In this document: positions 59,290 through 64,000 of the stretch, piece by piece | Numbering within the stretch: the stretch's first letter is position 1 | Layout: each line of letters opens with the position of its first letter | Source of the DNA: Vulcanimicrobiota bacterium | GTDB taxonomy: Bacteria > Vulcanimicrobiota > Vulcanimicrobiia > Eremiobacterales > Eremiobacteraceae | Reading direction: 5' to 3' | NCBI GenBank assembly: GCA_963805945.1 | Contig: CAWDVP010000006.1 | Span: forward strand, 288,001 to 352,000 | DNA length: 64,000 nucleotides | Made by a program: the position numbers and the translations under genes | Notes under the pieces: generated by a model | Database searches by the model: none | The model's input: the letters and a program-made list of their open reading frames with translations, nothing else | What the model was told of the DNA's origin: nothing

Positions 59290-60333
59290 CTATTTCTCGA
59301 CGACGGCGTAGCGCACGGAAGCGCCGTTGTCCACCGCGCTCGGCGAGCCTTTCTCGATGAGCGCGCGGATCTTGCCCTCGAGCTCGTCCGCGAGCTCCGG
59401 ATGTTCCTCGAGATAGGCCTTGGCGTTCTCGCGACCCTGGCCGATGCGGGTCTCGCCATACGTATACCACGAGCCGGTCTTGCCGATGATGTTGTGCTCC
59501 AGGCCGACGTCGACGAGCGAGCCCGTGCGGCTGATGCCCTTGCCGTAGGTGATGTCGAACTCGGCCACCTTGAACGGCGGCGCGACCTTGTTCTTGACCA
59601 CCTTGACGCGCGTGCGCGAACCCACGACGTCGGTGCCGACTTTGATCGTCTCGATCTTGCGGATGTCGAGCCGCACCGAGGAGTAGAACTTCAGCGCGCG
59701 GCCGCCGGTGGTGGTCTCCGGACTGCCGAACATGACGCCGATCTTCTCGCGGATCTGGTTGATGAACACCATCGTCGTCTTCGATTTGCTGATCGCGGCG
59801 GTGAGCTTGCGCAGCGCCTGGCACATGAGCCGAGCATGCAGGCCGACGTGCGAATCGCCCATGTCGCCTTCGATCTCGGCTTTGGGCACGAGCGCCGCGA
59901 CGGAGTCGATGACGACGATGTCGACCGCGTTGGAACGGATGAGCGACTCAGCGATATCGAGCGCCTGCTCGCCGGTGTCGGGCTGAGACACGAGCAGCTC
60001 GTCGAGATCCACGCCCAGAGTCGTGCGCATACGCGGGGTCGAGCGCGTGCTCGACGTCGATGAATGCGGCGATGCCGCCTTTCTTTTGGGCCTCGGCGAT
60101 GCAGTGGAGCGTCAGCGTCGTCTTGCCCGACGACTCCGGCCCGTAGATCTCGACTACTCTGCCACGCGGCAGGCCGCCGACGCCTAGGGCGACGTCGAGC
60201 GAGATGCGAGCCGGAGGGGATGACCTCGATCTGCATGGCGCCGCGGGCTCCCGAGCTTCATGATCGAGCCCTGGCCGAACTGCCGCTCGATCTGGGCGAG
60301 AGCGTTTTCCAGGGCCTTGTCTTTTTCGGACAC
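59290..60333 (-). CDS. recA: Recombinase RecA, three frameshifts near 60246, 60208 and 60025
   Basis: [25 protein letters not shown] start, [39 protein letters not shown]. Confidence 0.93.
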
Positions 60334-60343
60334 GTATTTCTCC

Positions 60344-61249
60344 TTAGAAGAGAGCGTCGACGTACGACGCCGGGTCGAACGCCTTCAATTGGTCCACTTG
60401 CTCTCCGAACCCGACATACTTCACCGGCAGGTCTGCCTGATCCATGATCGCCACGATTATCCCGCCCTTTGCCGTCCCGTCTAGTTTCGTGAGGACGACG
60501 CCAGTCACTTCCGTCGCCTCATGGAACAGCTGGGCCTGCGAGAGCGCGTTCTGGCCGGTGGTCGCGTCGAGCACCAGCAAGGTTTCGTGCGGCGCGCCGG
60601 GCACCTCGCGCGCGATGACGCGGCCGATCTTCTTCAGCTCTTCCATGAGGTTGTGTTTGGTCTGGAGCCGTCCCGCGGTGTCGATCAAGACGAGGTCGGT
60701 GCCGCGCGCTTTGGCAGCCGCCAGTCCGTCGAACACGACCGCGGCGGGGTCCGCGCCGTCGGCGTGACGGACGATGTCGGCCCCTGTCCGCTTGGCCCAG
60801 ATGTCGAGCTGTTCGCCCGCAGCGGCTCTGAAGGTGTCGGCCGCGACGAGCAGGACGCTGCGGCCCTTGCCGCGCGCTTGGGCGGCGAGTTTGCCGGCGG
60901 TGGTGGTCTTCCCCGAACCATTGACCCCGACCACGAGGACCACGTGCGGCTTGGTGAGCGCAGGTACAGGGGCCAGCTTGGGATGGGTCAGATACTCGGC
61001 GACATCGGACCGGAACAGGGCGATGATGTCGCCGGCGGTGCGCAGATCCTGCTGCTGGGCTGCGAGTTTGAGGTCCGCGATGATCTTGCTGGTCGTGGCG
61101 ACCCCGAAGTCGCAGGAGATAAGCGTCTCTTCGAACTCGTCCCAGAAGCGGTCGTCCACCTGCTGGCGCCCGACCAGCGCGTTCCAGTGTCCGGCGAGGC
61201 TGGTGCGCGTCTTCGCGAGGGCGTCGCGAAGCGACGAAAGCATGCGCAT
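60344..61249 (-). CDS. ftsY: Signal recognition particle receptor FtsY
   Basis: GVNGSGKTT, DTFRAAA, DTAGR, TKLDGTAKGG. Confidence 0.96.
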   Translation of the reverse strand: MRMLSSLRDALAKTRTSLAGHWNALVGRQQVDDRFWDEFEETLISCDFGVATTSKIIADLKLAAQQQDLRTAGDIIALFRSDVAEYLTHPKLAPVPALTKPHVVLVVGVNGSGKTTTAGKLAAQARGKGRSVLLVAADTFRAAAGEQLDIWAKRTGADIVRHADGADPAAVVFDGLAAAKARGTDLVLIDTAGRLQTKHNLMEELKKIGRVIAREVPGAPHETLLVLDATTGQNALSQAQLFHEATEVTGVVLTKLDGTAKGGIIVAIMDQADLPVKYVGFGEQVDQLKAFDPASYVDALF

Positions 61250-61283
61250 AGCGCCTTCATTCGACGTCGGTCGGGACGGTCAT

Positions 61284-61292
61284 TGTGGATAA
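61284..61292 (-). promoter_or_regulatory. Perfect DnaA box upstream of ftsY-recA
   Basis: Minus strand TTATCCACA in the 65-bp intergenic gap. Confidence 0.5.
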
Positions 61293-61314
61293 GTACGAGC
61301 GGAGAGGGAACGGA

Positions 61315-62142
61315 TCAGGAGGCTTGCGGGACCTGCGGTTTCTTGCGCACGTATTTCTGGCGGATGGTCGGATCGCCCTCACGATAGCCCAAGTCCAGGT
61401 GCAGCGTCTTCAACTTGGAGCGCAAGCGGATGACCGCTTGAGCGTGGATCTGCGAGACGCGTGATTCTGAGACGTTGAGCACGCTCTTGATGTCCTTGAG
61501 CGTCAGTCCTTCGAAGTAATAGAGCGAGATGACGGTACGTTCTTGCGGCGGCAGCGAATCGACGGCGGTCGCCAGCGAATCCTTGACCTCGGCCGACTCG
61601 ACCTGGTGGGTCGGACCCGGGCCGCTGTCTTTGAGACTGTCGAGCAGGGAGATGTCGCGGCCCTTCTCGTTGGGCAGGAACTCCTCGAGCGACAGGATCG
61701 AGGTGCCGCGGATCTTGAGCAGCAGCGTGTGGTACTCGTCGCGCGTCAGCCCTAAGGATTTGGAGACCTCGTCGTCGTCGGGCGCGCGGCCGAGCTGGCC
61801 CTCGAGCGACGCGAACGCGCGCTCCAGCTCTCTGGCCTTTTGGCGGACCGCACGCGGCACCCAGTCCATCGCGCGCAGCGCGTCGAGGATGGCGCCGCTG
61901 ATGCGTGTCGTCGCGTAGGTCTCGAACTTCACCCCGCGCGAGTCGTCGTACTTGCTCATGGCGTCGATGAGCCCGAGCACGCCCTCGTTGATGAGATCGT
62001 TGATCTCGACGTGCGAAGGCAGGTTCACCGATATCTTGCCGGCGACGTACTTCACGAGGGGCAGGTATTTGTGGACGATCTCCTCGCGGCTCAGATTGTG
62101 GCCCGCGATGGAGTAGGTCCGGCCGCGCGCGCGGAAGATCAA
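61315..62142 (-). CDS. FliA/WhiG family RNA polymerase sigma factor
   Basis: YLPLVKYVAGK, KFETYA, DWVPR, VSESRVSQIH. Confidence 0.93.
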   Translation of the reverse strand: MIFRARGRTYSIAGHNLSREEIVHKYLPLVKYVAGKISVNLPSHVEINDLINEGVLGLIDAMSKYDDSRGVKFETYATTRISGAILDALRAMDWVPRAVRQKARELERAFASLEGQLGRAPDDDEVSKSLGLTRDEYHTLLLKIRGTSILSLEEFLPNEKGRDISLLDSLKDSGPGPTHQVESAEVKDSLATAVDSLPPQERTVISLYYFEGLTLKDIKSVLNVSESRVSQIHAQAVIRLRSKLKTLHLDLGYREGDPTIRQKYVRKKPQVPQAS

Positions 62143-62375
62143 TGTTTGACCCTCGTGCGCGGCGTGTGGCCGTTGCCGGCCAACATCTGGTCGAGCGCCT
62201 CGCGCCGGAAGCGGTACTGGCCGCCGGGCGTCTTGATCGCTTCGACCAGGCCCTCGCGCGCCCAGCGCCGGATCGCCGCGTCGGTCATGTTCAGCTCGCG
62301 CGCGACCTCACCGGAGGTCATCCAGTCCTTCGCTCGGTTCTTGTGGCGCGCCGTTGCGCGTCGTTCCTCGACCAT
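62139..62375 (-). CDS. BldC-like / excisionase-like MerR-type winged HTH protein
   Basis: MTSGEVAREL...IRRWAREGLVEAIKTPGGQYRF. Confidence 0.85.
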   Translation of the reverse strand: MVEERRATARHKNRAKDWMTSGEVARELNMTDAAIRRWAREGLVEAIKTPGGQYRFRREALDQMLAGNGHTPRTRVKH

Positions 62376-62521
62376 GCGCGAACGTTCTCTCCGTCAGACG
62401 CCGAAACCGCACACGGACAATAGGGAATCGTGCGGACCCCAGGCGGGGTCGGCTCGGTTCACGTTTTTTCGCTTTTATCCCTTTTTTACGAGCTGACCGC
62501 TATTACGCTTATTTCCAACAG

Positions 62522-63127
62522 TCAATCTAGCGGGACAGTCTCGGTCGAGAACGTCACCTTCGTCTCTCCGAACATGATCTTATCGCCATGGCGGAGCGGC
62601 GTCGGTGCGTGGGGCACCAAGCGCTGCGCTCCGTTGAGGGAGGTGCCGTTCGTGCTCTCCAGGTCTTCGATGATGAAACAGCCATGCCGGCGCACGATGA
62701 ACGCGTGCCGCCGCGACACGTAGTTGCCGTGGTCGAACGGCGCCAGATCGATCTCGGGATAGACGCCGTCGGACAGCGAGGCGCGGCCCACCATGACGAC
62801 GTCGCTGTCGACGGGCAGCTCGACTTCGCCGCCGTCTTCCACATGGATGGTGACGCAGCCGCGGATGGCCGGCGCTTCGAGCCTGCGCGTGGCCGACTGG
62901 TCAAGGCTTTCGACCTCGTCGGGCAGCGGCTCGCCGCACATCTTGCAGAAGGTCTCGCCGGCGTAGTTGCGCGCGAAGCAGCGACCGCACAGGCGTGCGC
63001 TTTCGTCGCTTCTCGCCGTCGAGAACGAGCCCGACGTCGAGGGCTTGTGGGCGGGGTTCATCCCCGCGCCGTCCGCTACCATCTTCTTGCTCACCCTAGC
63101 CCGGCTCCCCGCAAACGGGTCTTCCAT
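62522..63127 (-). CDS. Zinc-ribbon plus FHA domain protein
   Basis: CGRC..CKMCG, GR, VSRRHA, DLESTNGT, GDKIMFG. Confidence 0.9.
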   Translation of the reverse strand: MEDPFAGSRARVSKKMVADGAGMNPAHKPSTSGSFSTARSDESARLCGRCFARNYAGETFCKMCGEPLPDEVESLDQSATRRLEAPAIRGCVTIHVEDGGEVELPVDSDVVMVGRASLSDGVYPEIDLAPFDHGNYVSRRHAFIVRRHGCFIIEDLESTNGTSLNGAQRLVPHAPTPLRHGDKIMFGETKVTFSTETVPLD

Positions 63128-63251
63128 CTGACCGCTATATCGTATCACTCTGGCCACCCCGGTAGGTGTGACGAATCCCACACGCGTCTAGTACGTGCGT
63201 CCCCCCTGCCATCTATTGTAGCCTATGAACGCAATCCTGTGCATTGGTGTT

Positions 63252-64000
63252 TCATGAGGCATACCGGATACGGGGATTGAGCACGGCGTAGGCCACGTCG
63301 ATGACGAGGTTGACGAGCACGAAGGTGGTGGCGAACAGCAGGATCGCCCCGTTCACGAGGGGGCTATCGCGGTTGCTGATGGCCTCAAAGGCGAGCCTGC
63401 CGACCCCCGGCCAGGCGAATATATGTTCGGTGAGCACGGCCCCGCCGAGCAGCAGGCCGGTCTGGAGGCCGACCACGGTGACGATCGGGATGAGCGCGTT
63501 GCGCAGGCCGTGCCGGACGACGACCGCGTAGGAGCTCAGCCCCTTGGCGCGCGCGGTCCGCATGTAATCGGTGTTGAGCACTTCTAGCATGCTCGCGCGC
63601 GTCATCTTCGCGACGATGGCGAGCGGAATGGTGCCCAGGGTGATCGCCGGCAGCGCGAGATGCCGCAGCGCGTCGCCGAAAGCGGCCCAGTTCCCGGCCA
63701 GCAGCGCGTCCACGAGCATGAAATGGGTGTGCGGCGGCACCTCGTAGCGCAGCGAGATCCGGCCGCCGATCGGGAAGAGATCCATGCCGGCACGGCTCGG
63801 CTCGTACGCGAAGACGTACAGCATCATCCAGCCGAGCCAGAACACCGGCACGGACACGCCGATGAGCACGCCGATGTTGATGACGGTGTCGAGCGGGCGG
63901 CGGTGGCGCAACGCGGCGATGATGCCGGCCGGGATGCCGAAGACGACCGCGAACAGCATCGCCGCCATCCCCAGCTCCACCGTCGCAGGGAAATACTCGC
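63252..64000 (-). CDS. Peptide/nickel ABC transporter permease (DppB-like), truncated by window edge
   Basis: TRASMLEVL..DYMRTARAKGL, NPRIR end. Confidence 0.92.
   Translation of the reverse strand, partial: EYFPATVELGMAAMLFAVVFGIPAGIIAALRHRRPLDTVINIGVLIGVSVPVFWLGWMMLYVFAYEPSRAGMDLFPIGGRISLRYEVPPHTHFMLVDALLAGNWAAFGDALRHLALPAITLGTIPLAIVAKMTRASMLEVLNTDYMRTARAKGLSSYAVVVRHGLRNALIPIVTVVGLQTGLLLGGAVLTEHIFAWPGVGRLAFEAISNRDSPLVNGAILLFATTFVLVNLVIDVAYAVLNPRIRYAS

Noticed and set aside
60020..60250. Programmed frameshifting in recA
   Set aside because: No slippery heptamers, and similar indels occur in many unrelated genes
62139..62375. wHTH gene as a prophage excisionase
   Set aside because: No integrase or phage genes adjacent; it is coupled to a sigma factor among housekeeping genes
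115..63793. Many long antisense or alternative-frame ORFs (e.g. 1336-2901, 9112-10740, 44198-45994)
   Set aside because: Shadows of real genes expected at high GC; Arg/Ala-rich with no motifs

Overview
High-GC bacterial chromosomal window, mostly housekeeping genes on the minus strand: clpB, tyrS, gatCAB, mutS2, purA, ftsY-recA-recX, hslO, aroQ, HU and tRNA-Pro. It also holds a LexA-boxed imuA-imuB-dnaE2 mutasome cassette, a PHA cluster, a Liv-type ABC transporter with an acyl-CoA ligase, an M-box riboswitch upstream of an Nramp-related Mg2+ transporter, a type IV pilin cluster, highly divergent flagellar-like genes, and a BldC-like/WhiG-like regulator pair. The GAAC-N4-GTTC SOS box, the M-box and the gene content point to a Terrabacteria lineage. 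Ca. Eremiobacterota is my guess and cannot be proven from this window. The most striking signal is a family of ~25-bp REP-like hairpins (TGGAG-CGGTCGAA-N4-TTCGACCG). All eight full copies I found, at seven loci, sit in frame inside protein-coding genes, are read in four different frames, and one shows a compensatory stem change. A second hairpin family does the same in dnaE2 and mutS2. Other candidates: a 516-aa protein with an internal prepilin cleavage site (possible pilin polyprotein), a histidine kinase with a degenerate GGDEF-like input domain, and a tRNA-Pro att-like duplication around a one-gene islet. Several conserved genes (gatA, recA, mutS2, phaB, yitJ-like) carry single-base frameshifts, most likely assembly errors. 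All calls are by eye; no searches were run.
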